DNA of 20,000 nucleotides, taken from positions 50,244 through 70,243 of the IMG/VR virus record IMGVR_UViG_2928819513_000009; one strand, 5' to 3'. Origin of the DNA: an uncultured virus (IMG/VR IMGVR_UViG_2928819513_000009). Taxonomy: Duplodnaviria > Heunggongvirae > Uroviricota > Caudoviricetes. Under the pieces are notes generated by a model. It was not told where the DNA came from. It worked only from the letters and a program-made list of their open reading frames with translations, and did no database searches. The position numbers and the translations under genes were made by a program. This document shows, one piece after another, positions 9,133-16,491 of the stretch; position 1 is the stretch's first letter, and each line of letters opens with the position of its first letter.

Positions 9133-9966
9133 ATGACCACGCCCACCGGCGCGGCGATCCCGCGCGCCCTCCCGTATGCCGGCGCCGCCCGGCCGCTCCC
9201 CCTCGGTGCCATCAACCGCGCCGCCCGCGACCTCGGTTGCGAGCCCGCCGCCCTCTCGGCGGTGCTGATCGTCGAGACCGGCCTGCGCAGCGGCTTCCTG
9301 GCCGCGCCCGACGGTCGCCCGCGAATCCTCTACGAGGCCCACATCGCCCACCGGCTGTGCGGGCGCCCTGTGCCTGGTCTCTCGGTCCAGTCCTGGGACC
9401 GCAGCCTCTACGCCCCCACCGGGGCCGGCGAGTGGGAGCGGCTGCTGCGCGCCGTCGACGTGCTGGGCGAGGATGTCGCGCTCCAGGCCGCGTCCTGGGG
9501 CATCGGGCAGGTGCTGGGCACCAACCATGGGCTTTGCGGGTTCGCCACGGTCCAGTCCTTCGTGCGGGCGATGGCCGCCGGGGAGGAGGAGCAGCTCGGC
9601 GCGGTGGCCGCCTTCATCCGTGCCCGCCGGCTGGCCGATCCGCTGCGCCGGAAGGACTGGGCCGCCTTCGCGCGCGGCTACAACGGCACCGCCTACGCCG
9701 CCAACAGCTACGACAGCAAGCTGGCTGCCGCTTATGTCCGCGTCATCGCCGGCAGCCCAAACGACGGCACCCTGTCCATCGGTGATGTCGGCCCGGAGGT
9801 CGCCAGCATGCAGCGCGCGCTCGTCGCGCTGGGCTTCAAGGTGGCGACCGACGGTGATTTCGGCCGGATGACGCGCAACGCGGTGGAAGCGTTCCAGGCG
9901 GCGCGCGGGCTGGTCGCTGACGGTGTGGTCGGGCCGGTGACGGCCAAGGCGATGGGGATTGCGTGA
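9133..9966 (+). CDS. Endolysin: DUF3380-type N-acetylmuramidase plus C-terminal peptidoglycan-binding domain
   Basis: Muramidase motifs IVETG..ILYEAH, ASWGIGQVLGTNH and FARGYNG. C-terminal DGDFGRMTRNAVEAFQAARGLVADGVVGPVT is PG_binding_1-like. Confidence 0.9.
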   Translation: MTTPTGAAIPRALPYAGAARPLPLGAINRAARDLGCEPAALSAVLIVETGLRSGFLAAPDGRPRILYEAHIAHRLCGRPVPGLSVQSWDRSLYAPTGAGEWERLLRAVDVLGEDVALQAASWGIGQVLGTNHGLCGFATVQSFVRAMAAGEEEQLGAVAAFIRARRLADPLRRKDWAAFARGYNGTAYAANSYDSKLAAAYVRVIAGSPNDGTLSIGDVGPEVASMQRALVALGFKVATDGDFGRMTRNAVEAFQAARGLVADGVVGPVTAKAMGIA

Positions 9967-10262
9967 TGGCCGCGCTCTCCAAGATCCTCCGCAGCGTCGA
10001 AGGCAATCGCCTCATGTTCTGGTGCCCCGGCTGTGACGCTGCGCACGCTGTCCGCGTTGGCTCCGGCTCTGGCTGGACCTACAACGGCAACCCCGACAAG
10101 CCGACGTTCACCCCGTCGATCCTGTTCAACCCCGGCGGCGAGACGCCCGGCGTGCCGCTCTGCCACAGCTTCGTGACGGACGGGCGCATCCAGTTCCTCG
10201 GCGACAGCACCCACCCGCTCGCCGGCCAGACGGTCGACCTGCCGGACTTCGACGCCGGCTGA
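9966..10262 (+). CDS. Cys/His-rich DUF6527-like protein (putative metal-binding)
   Basis: Start overlaps the endolysin stop (TGATG; GTG at 9963 is an alternative). Motifs FWCPGC..H, WTYNGNPDKPTFTPSIL and CHSFVTDGRIQFLGDSTH. Confidence 0.8.
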   Translation: MAALSKILRSVEGNRLMFWCPGCDAAHAVRVGSGSGWTYNGNPDKPTFTPSILFNPGGETPGVPLCHSFVTDGRIQFLGDSTHPLAGQTVDLPDFDAG

Positions 10263-10286
10263 CCGCAACCACTGCCACAGCTATCC

Positions 10287-10315
10287 GCCCGCGCCGTCCC
10301 GGCCGCGGGCTTTCT
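10287..10315 (+). terminator. Putative weak terminator/attenuator before the holin gene
   Basis: GCCCGCG...CGCGGGC stem followed by TTTCT. Confidence 0.45.
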
Positions 10316-10336
10316 CAAGCCCGAAAGGAATCCATT

Positions 10337-10888
10337 ATGCTCCCTCTGCTTCTCGCCGCCGCCGCTCCCCTCGCCCAACTGGCCGGGGAGGAGATCGCCA
10401 AGCTCATCGGCGGAGACGACCCCGCGACTTCAGCCAAGGGCGCCGCGGTTGCCAAGGCGCTGGTGACCGCCGCCGGCACCGTTGCCGGGGTGCCCATCAC
10501 CCGGCCGGAGGACATCGCCCCGCTGGCCTCGATGATCGCCGAGGACCCCACCAAGCTGGCCGAGTTCCGGAAGGCGGTGGGCGACCAACTCATCGCGCTC
10601 CTGACGCTCGACAACGACGACCGAGCCGGCGCGCGGGGGCAGACGGTCGAGCTGGCCAAGGCCGGCAGCCACATCGCATGGGGCGCCCCGGTGGTGTCCG
10701 TGGTGGTGATGTCCGTGTTCGGAGCGGTGCTCTACAAGGTGCTGAGCACGCCTGCCGGCACCTCGATCGACCCGAACGCCGCAATCATGCTGGGGGCGTT
10801 GACGACGATGGCGACGGCGGTGGTGTCATATTGGGTCGGGTCGAGTGCCGGCAGTGCGGCGAAGGACAAACTGCTGCGCGGCGGGTAA
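10337..10888 (+). CDS. Putative holin (GTA 3TM-holin-like membrane protein)
   Basis: SD AAGGA. Hydrophobic N-terminus and two C-terminal TM segments ending YWVGSSAGSAAKD. Located in the lysis region. Confidence 0.7.
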   Translation: MLPLLLAAAAPLAQLAGEEIAKLIGGDDPATSAKGAAVAKALVTAAGTVAGVPITRPEDIAPLASMIAEDPTKLAEFRKAVGDQLIALLTLDNDDRAGARGQTVELAKAGSHIAWGAPVVSVVVMSVFGAVLYKVLSTPAGTSIDPNAAIMLGALTTMATAVVSYWVGSSAGSAAKDKLLRGG

Positions 10889-11103
10889 GGCAGGGGAGGG
10901 AGCCGCCTTGGCTCACACCATTTTCCCTGGCCAAGGCCATGGCCCTCCATAGTCGAGATGCGGGACCTTGGCGATTCCGCCGCCACCATGGCTCAAGCGG
11001 TGCGGTTCACCCAAGTGCACCCCGTCATCGGATACCCCCGGACCCCGTAAAGGTCCGGGCCTCCTGTATAGGTGATGAACGCTTCTCCAGATGCGGAGAA
11101 AAT

Positions 11104-11131
11104 TCGTGTCATAAGATATATTATGGAAAAT
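11104..11131 (+). other. XerCD dif-like recombination site
   Basis: TCGTGTCATAA-GATATA-TTATGGAAAAT has the 11-6-11 layout. The right arm matches E. coli XerD arm TTATGTTAAAT at 9/11, and the left arm ends in the conserved CATAA. Sits in an AT-rich intergenic island. Confidence 0.75.
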
Positions 11132-11581
11132 ATTAATATAATGACCAGAATATCACGTCGGCTACCTTGCCGACCTTGGTCGCGTCCAGGCGCAGGCAAT
11201 GTCAACATGTTGTGCTTGGCTAGACGGCTTGGCTCCAACGCCTTCCAATCGCTACCAACCGGCAATGGATTGCCCCGGTCCGCTCCGAGTCGCCTGTCGG
11301 CGACTCGACCATCGGGGAGGTTAAGTGCGCAAGGGCCGCGAGCGCTGTCTAATGGTGGAGGAGGAAGATTAGGCACCACAAAATATTGATCGCTTTGGGG
11401 CCGGGAGCCATAAATATCGAAATTTCCGCTTCATATTGGTCTATCTTAGGCGGGGAGCAAAAATCTCCTGGAGAGCGTGCAACAGAGGCCATGCTGGCGT
11501 TGTTGACAGGGCAAATCGCTAGATTTGCGGGGCTCTTCCAGTGTCAAACGCTATATCTGGTGGATTAGAACTTTCCTTCCC

Positions 11582-11610
11582 TTGCAGGCCCCGCGCTCGC
11601 TGGCTAGGAT
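11582..11610 (+). promoter_or_regulatory. Sigma70-like promoter of the small peptide gene
   Basis: TTGCAG (11582-11587)-17 nt-TAGGAT (11605-11610). Confidence 0.55.
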
Positions 11611-11619
11611 TGCCGCGTG

Positions 11620-11832
11620 GAGTCGGGCGGCGGATCCGCCGCCGCCCTAACCACTGACCTGTGAAGGAGGCCAAGATGATCCAATGGATCATTCTAACCA
11701 AGCTCCTGGTTGAACTGGTGCAGTCGATCCAGGCTATCCTGGTCCTCTTGCACTAACCGGAGCGGGGAAGGGTCGGCTGGACCCCGGCCCTTCCTCTCCG
11801 ACACGATAGGACATCTCCTGCACGTCTCGCAA
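11620..11832 (-). ncRNA. Candidate cis-antisense RNA (antitoxin) and its promoter; ends uncertain
   Basis: Minus-strand TTGCGA (11832-11827)-18 nt-TATCGT (11808-11803) points back across the peptide ORF. The transcript itself is inferred. Confidence 0.3.
11676..11756 (+). CDS. 26-aa hydrophobic peptide MIQWIILTKLLVELVQSIQAILVLLH; candidate type I toxin
   Basis: Strong SD AAGGAGG (11664-11670) 5 nt before ATG. Own promoter, with hairpins on both sides (11625-11647, 11758-11800). Below the ORF-track size cutoff. Confidence 0.7.
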   Translation: MIQWIILTKLLVELVQSIQAILVLLH

Positions 11833-11877
11833 GCCGCCAAATCGGCCAGATCATGTATTCGAAACGGCGCATGCACG

Positions 11878-12060
11878 CTATAGGCGGAGCCTGGACGGGG
11901 TAAGCCCTGAGCATGGCAGGCGCTCATCGAACTCTTCGATTCCCTCGTCTTCCGGTTCGCGAACAACCAATGCATCGCGCTCCGCGGCATAGGGGCTCCC
12001 GAGCAGCGGCAGCGCCGCAACAACGCGACCATGACCGGCGTCACGTGCTGCTGTAGCCAT
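11878..12060 (-). CDS. Possible small hypothetical protein or gene remnant (60 aa)
   Basis: ATG 6 nt after the umuC stop. No clear SD and no recognisable domain. Confidence 0.25.
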   Translation of the reverse strand: MATAARDAGHGRVVAALPLLGSPYAAERDALVVREPEDEGIEEFDERLPCSGLTPSRLRL

Positions 12061-12066
12061 CCGCTG

Positions 12067-13353
12067 CTAAGCCCGGACAACGGGCACATCCGTCAATCTG
12101 GTCGTATAAGAGGGTGACCGGGATTCCTGACGCATCCGCCATGCCCGCCCCATCGTCGCCGCAGACCGAAGCGTGTCTCGTCCCATCCTGGCGTTGACGG
12201 CATCCATAGCCGCCATGAGCCGCGACCCGCGTTGCCGATCGGCAGCCTGCAGCAGATCCGGCTGAACGCGCTCGACCGGCACCAAGCCGGATAGGACGAC
12301 GCCGGCCTTGCTGAACTGGAATCCCTCGCGCCAGATCCGTTTCGCCGCCGCGGTGGCCGCTGCGATCAGGGCGAAGCTGTCGTTGGTCGGCGGCTGGAGC
12401 TCGACCGTGGCCGCGTTGGCGTAGCTCGGGCCCGAGCGGAAAGGCGAGGTATGCATGAAGACCTGCAAGGACTCGGCTGCCAACCCATGGGCGCCCTGCC
12501 CTCTCAGCTTCTCGGCCGCGCGGGACGCGTAGCTGGCCACAGCCTCTCGCATCGGCTCCCAAGTCTTCACCGGCTCGCCGAAGGAGCGGGTCACGGCGGT
12601 GCCCTTCACCGGCTGCGGCGCCAAGTCGAGCGGCAGGCACGCCACACCGCGGAGCTCATACACCAACCGCTCACCCACCACCGTCAGCAGCTTGCGCGCC
12701 TGGCGCGGGTCCATGCTGCGCAGGTCGGCCGCAGTCTTCACGCCGAGCATGTTGAGCTTCTCCGCGCTGCGCCGGCCGATGCCCCAAACCTCCTCCACCG
12801 GCACCATGTGGAGCACTTGCTCGCGGTCTCCCTCGTGCGTCAGGTCGCATACCCCGCCCTCCCCCATCAGCGACTTCTTGGCCGCGTGGTTCGCTAGCTT
12901 GGCGAGCGTCTTCGAGGAGGCGATGCCGATGCACGTCGGGATTCCGGTCCACATCTTCACCGTTGAGCGAATCTCGGATGCATAGGCCGAGAGGTCACGG
13001 CCGTGAAAGCCCGAGAGGTCGAGAAAGCTCTCGTCGATCGAATAGTTCTCCAGGGCGGGGGTGAACCCGCGAAGGCACTCGGTCACCCTCTGGCTCATGT
13101 CGCCGTACAGCACGTAGTTGCTGCTGAACACGCGAACCCTGTGCCGGCGGACCAAATCCTTCACCTCGAACAGCGGCTGCCCCATCTTCACGCCGAGGGC
13201 CTTGAGTTCGGAACTCCGCGCGACGAAGCATCCATCGTTGTTCGACAGCACGCCCACAGGAACGCCTTCAAGATCGGGCCGGAAGACCCGCTCACAGCTA
13301 ACGTAAAAGTTGTTGCAATCGACAAGGGCAATCGCTCGCGGCGCCATAGCCAT
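12067..13353 (-). CDS. umuC: Y-family DNA polymerase V catalytic subunit UmuC
   Basis: Motifs [47 protein letters not shown] and C-terminal [14 protein letters not shown]. Start overlaps the umuD stop (exact start 13356, 13353 or 13347). Confidence 0.95.
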   Translation of the reverse strand: MAMAPRAIALVDCNNFYVSCERVFRPDLEGVPVGVLSNNDGCFVARSSELKALGVKMGQPLFEVKDLVRRHRVRVFSSNYVLYGDMSQRVTECLRGFTPALENYSIDESFLDLSGFHGRDLSAYASEIRSTVKMWTGIPTCIGIASSKTLAKLANHAAKKSLMGEGGVCDLTHEGDREQVLHMVPVEEVWGIGRRSAEKLNMLGVKTAADLRSMDPRQARKLLTVVGERLVYELRGVACLPLDLAPQPVKGTAVTRSFGEPVKTWEPMREAVASYASRAAEKLRGQGAHGLAAESLQVFMHTSPFRSGPSYANAATVELQPPTNDSFALIAAATAAAKRIWREGFQFSKAGVVLSGLVPVERVQPDLLQAADRQRGSRLMAAMDAVNARMGRDTLRSAATMGRAWRMRQESRSPSYTTRLTDVPVVRA

Positions 13354-13808
13354 CACCTCCGGTGGAACCGAATGGTGCTGTAGATCACTCCCCAGATCTC
13401 GAATCCGGGCCGCCCCGTGACGTCCACGGCTTGGTATGCACGATCGTCGGAGTCTGGCGCCAGATAGGTCCGGCCGCTCCGAAGCAAGAGGCGCTTGCAG
13501 GTCAGCTCACCGTCAAGCACCGCAACAACCACGTCGTCGTGTCTGGCCGTGAGGCTGCGGTCGACGAGCGCCAAGTCGCCATCATGGATGCCGGCGCGCG
13601 ACATCGAGTGTCCGCTGATTCGCAAGGTGAATGTCGCGCTGGGGTGCGGTACCAGGATCTCAGAAAGGTCGAGCCGACCCTCGACATAGTCGGCAGCCGG
13701 CGACGGAAAACCGGCCGGCACATTCGCCTCAACCATCCAAATCTCGCATACGCTCATCTCGACGGGCTCCAGGTGGAGCTCGAACCCGACGTTGGTCAAT
13801 GCTGGCAC
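13353..13808 (-). CDS. umuD: UmuD-like S24 peptidase (Pol V accessory subunit)
   Basis: VPAGFPSPA cleavage site, GHSM catalytic Ser and TCKRL catalytic Lys. SD GAGGAGG before GTG. Confidence 0.93.
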   Translation of the reverse strand: MPALTNVGFELHLEPVEMSVCEIWMVEANVPAGFPSPAADYVEGRLDLSEILVPHPSATFTLRISGHSMSRAGIHDGDLALVDRSLTARHDDVVVAVLDGELTCKRLLLRSGRTYLAPDSDDRAYQAVDVTGRPGFEIWGVIYSTIRFHRR

Positions 13809-13869
13809 GGCCCCCTCCTCCCACCATTAGGCGCGACTTCGTAAACGTAGGAAGGATGTCCGGGTTCCG

Positions 13870-13884
13870 GAACTTTTCAAGAAC
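13870..13884. promoter_or_regulatory. Alphaproteobacterial LexA (SOS) box upstream of umuDC
   Basis: GAAC-TTTTCAA-GAAC (GTTC-N7-GTTC on the - strand), ~60 bp upstream of umuD. Confidence 0.85.
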
Positions 13885-13941
13885 AAAGAGCGGTTGACAG
13901 CTGAAACTGGAGCGCTCGTCTCTCAGGATCCGATTCGGGCC

Positions 13942-14116
13942 GGGGACTTGGGTGACGCCTACGGCCTTCATCCACAGCGGCAGGCTATGTCCACGGGACC
14001 AGAGTGACGGACATGGGGACTTGGGTGACGCGACTCGCTTAATCCACGGGACTCTGGTGACGCATACTACAGATAGAGTCTACAAGCTTTCAAATAGCCC
14101 CGTCACCTAAGTCCCC
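13942..14116. repeat. Iteron-containing plasmid replication origin
   Basis: 17-bp repeats with consensus GGGGACTTGGGTGACGC: 13942-13958 and 14015-14031 (exact), 13994-14010 and 14047-14063 (degenerate), and 14100-14116 (inverted). DnaA-box-like TCATCCACA at 13968-13976. AT-richer tract at 14064-14097. Confidence 0.85.
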
Positions 14117-14119
14117 GCC

Positions 14120-14148
14120 TTGACGGTCTGCGGTAGGGCAGCCATGAT
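14120..14148 (+). promoter_or_regulatory. repA promoter abutting an inverted iteron
   Basis: TTGACG-17 nt-CATGAT, 3 bp from the iteron at 14100-14116. Confidence 0.6.
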
Positions 14149-14170
14149 CCCAGCAGATATGGAGGTTGGT

Positions 14171-15088
14171 ATGAGTGAAGCTCGACGCTTGATCCAGGTT
14201 CACGGCGTCGAAGAGGCCCGACGAATTGCTCCGCAAGAACTGCGCCCTGCTATCGACATTGCGTCACAGGTTCTCGCATCAGAAGAGAACAAGACAGGCT
14301 TTAGCTATTCGGGCTTTGCCCTCACCGCCCTCCCCTACCGGCAGCTGGCTACCAGCGACAACTGGGTGAAGGAAGGGCATGACGTTACGCTTTCTATCGA
14401 CCCTGGCACTCTGAAAATCAACAATCGGATCCGCCGCTTTGGTGTTCCATACGGCAGCTATGCGCGGTTGGTCTTGATTTACTTGCAATCGGAAGCCGTC
14501 AAAAACAGCAGCCCGCACATCGAGCTTGGTGGCTCCCTCCGGGAATTCGTCACCGGGAAGCTTGGACGTGAGTATGGTGGTAAGACTGGAACGCTGCTGA
14601 TGGATCAGATCTATCGGCTTGCCGCCTGCTCAATGCGATTTTTCTGGTCAAACGCGCATGGAGACGGCTTCGAAGCAAAGAACATCATCAAGAGCGGCTA
14701 CTTCTATCGTGCCGGCGCAGGTGATGCCCAGGCTCAGCTCTGGGACGATGAAGTCGTTCTAGACGCCGATTTTTATGGGCACCTGAAGAAACACGCTGTG
14801 CCGCTACTGGATGAAGCTGTGCGTGCTCTGGCCGACGATGCGGTCGCTCTCGACGTCTATATCTGGCTGGCCTATCGACTCCGCGTCGTGGATCGACCAA
14901 CCCCGGTAACTTGGGCTGCGCTGCACGCCCAGTTTGGCACAAATTACAAACTCGTCCGTCAGTTCAAGCACAAGTTCATTCCGAATCTTCAAAAGGCCCT
15001 GGCCGCCTATGATGGTGCGGTGGTGTCGATCGAAGACACTGGAGTGGTGCTGCATCCGAGCCGCCCGCCTGTTAGCCGGCTTCGGTAG
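14171..15088 (+). CDS. repA: Plasmid replication initiator RepA (RepA_C / IncW-pBBR1-like family), 305 aa
   Basis: SD GGAGG before ATG 14171. Motifs TALPY, GVPYGSYARLVLIYLQSEA, IELGGSLREF and ALDVYIWLAYRL. Flanked by iterons. Confidence 0.88.
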   Translation: MSEARRLIQVHGVEEARRIAPQELRPAIDIASQVLASEENKTGFSYSGFALTALPYRQLATSDNWVKEGHDVTLSIDPGTLKINNRIRRFGVPYGSYARLVLIYLQSEAVKNSSPHIELGGSLREFVTGKLGREYGGKTGTLLMDQIYRLAACSMRFFWSNAHGDGFEAKNIIKSGYFYRAGAGDAQAQLWDDEVVLDADFYGHLKKHAVPLLDEAVRALADDAVALDVYIWLAYRLRVVDRPTPVTWAALHAQFGTNYKLVRQFKHKFIPNLQKALAAYDGAVVSIEDTGVVLHPSRPPVSRLR

Positions 15089-15199
15089 GCGTCACCCAAG
15101 TCCCCAGTCTCACAACGGCCGACTGCAGACCCTAAACGGGGCTCAGCGCCCTTCCTACGTGAGATGGCGCTTGCCCTAAGGCGTCACCCAAGTCCCCAG
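15086..15199. repeat. Two inverted iterons downstream of repA
   Basis: AGGCGTCACCCAAGTCCCCAG at 15087-15107 and 15179-15199. 15086-15105 is the exact reverse complement of 13942-13961. Confidence 0.85.
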
Positions 15200-15260
15200 A
15201 AGGTCGACGTTGACACCCTCCCCTCCCCTGTCGCACCCTCCGGCAAAACGGGGGAAGCTC

Positions 15261-15896
15261 ATGCCCATCATCACCTGCGCCAGCACCAAGGGCGGTCCGG
15301 GAAAGACCACGCTCTCTCTTTGCCTCGCCGACCACTGGCGTCGCTCCAACCGGTCGGTCGAGTTGTTGGACGTCGACCCTAATCGCAACCTGACGCAGTG
15401 GATCAAAAATTCTGGGGCGTCTATCGCCTGCACAGCGATCGATGAAGACGACATCGTGGAGCGAGCGGCGGAAGCTGAAGCTCGGTCCGATTTCGTGGTG
15501 ATCGATGTCGCTGGCGCGCTCGCTCGCGGCCTCGTGCATGCGATCGCTGTGGCAAATGCGGTGTTGATTCCAAGCCGTCCCGACGCCAAGGACACCCTCG
15601 AAGCGGCCAGAACCTACCAGAACGTCATTGCAGAACGCCGGCTGGCCCAGCGCCGGAATCCTAAGGCTACGATCCCGGCCGCGGTGGTGCTGATGCAGGT
15701 GAACAAGCGGGCCCAGTCCTTCGGCTTCGCCAAGTCCCAACTGGAGGCGTTGAACGTTCCCCTGCTGAACGCCGAAGTGCCGTTCCGCGCGGCCTATCAG
15801 AATTACAGCTTTGCTGGGCTGCCACTGGATGATACCGCGGTCCGCGGCGACTATGCCGAGCTGGGTGCCGCCGTGGAGGCTCTGCTCCATGGCTAA
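15261..15896 (+). CDS. parA: ParA partition ATPase (short, type Ib/ParF-like), 211 aa
   Basis: Deviant Walker A KGGPGKTT, LLDVDPN and Walker B FVVIDVAG. No N-terminal HTH extension. TTGACA at 15210-15215. Confidence 0.9.
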   Translation: MPIITCASTKGGPGKTTLSLCLADHWRRSNRSVELLDVDPNRNLTQWIKNSGASIACTAIDEDDIVERAAEAEARSDFVVIDVAGALARGLVHAIAVANAVLIPSRPDAKDTLEAARTYQNVIAERRLAQRRNPKATIPAAVVLMQVNKRAQSFGFAKSQLEALNVPLLNAEVPFRAAYQNYSFAGLPLDDTAVRGDYAELGAAVEALLHG

Positions 15897-16491
15897 GAAG
15901 CTTACCCCACGGATCGTGACTGCAGAACAGGCGACGGAGATTCTGAGCCCGTCGGATGCCCCGGCCCCGCGTCTTTCGCGACCTCTTGCGCCCGGCAAAC
16001 TTCGCACACGTGCGAGTTTTGCGGATGCTATCGGCCGGCTCTGGGCTCAGGCTGAGGAAAACTTCATCGCCATCGGCCGCTACCTGAATCACGCCAAGAC
16101 CACCTTGGAGCATGGCGAGTTCATGGAGATGGTGGAGCGCGATCTCCCGTTCCGCTACAGCACTGGCAACCGCATGATGAAGGTGGCTGCGGCTCTGGAT
16201 GCCAACGTCCTGTCGCTGGACACCATGCCCGGTTCCTATGCGACGGCCTATGAGGTGCTTACGCTCACGGACGAAGAGCGTTCAGCTGCCGCTGAACAGG
16301 GTTTGATCCGGCCTGATGTGCAACGCAAGGAAATCGCGGAGTTCAAGAAGCGCCTGCGAGCCCCTTCCCCTGCCCCATCAACCGATCGCCGCACAGAACT
16401 GCTGCGGGAGATCAAGCAGGCGAAAGATGAGGTAAAGCGTTGGAAGGAGCGGCAGGCGCAGCTGGAAGCCGAGCTGGCGGCTTTGTCCTAA
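15889..16491 (+). CDS. DUF3102-like putative DNA-binding protein; candidate ParA partner (200 aa)
   Basis: ATG overlaps the end of parA by 8 nt. Motif IGRYLNHAKTTLEHGEFMEMVERDLPFRYSTGNRMMKVA. C-terminal coiled coil. Confidence 0.75.
   Translation: MAKKLTPRIVTAEQATEILSPSDAPAPRLSRPLAPGKLRTRASFADAIGRLWAQAEENFIAIGRYLNHAKTTLEHGEFMEMVERDLPFRYSTGNRMMKVAAALDANVLSLDTMPGSYATAYEVLTLTDEERSAAAEQGLIRPDVQRKEIAEFKKRLRAPSPAPSTDRRTELLREIKQAKDEVKRWKERQAQLEAELAALS

Noticed and set aside
11104..11145. Protelomerase (telRL) target of a linear phage-plasmid
   Set aside because: Only short imperfect palindromes (e.g. ATATTAATAT); no long perfect inverted repeat or protelomerase in the window, and the 11-6-11 dif layout fits better
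10993..11568. ORFs 11072-11389 (+), 10993-11379 (-) and 11386-11568 (+)
   Set aside because: Atypical codon usage and no recognisable domains; the first two run through the dif-like site and hairpins
14120..14170. ORF-track TTG start of repA (and likewise TTG 15210 for parA, 15811 for the partner gene)
   Set aside because: The TTGs at 14120 and 15210 coincide with -35 boxes and 15811 lies inside parA; ATG starts at 14171, 15261 and 15889 fit better
13942..15199. CRISPR array or IS/transposon terminal inverted repeats
   Set aside because: Repeats are 17-21 bp, irregularly spaced and in both orientations around repA; no cas or transposase gene, so iterons explain them
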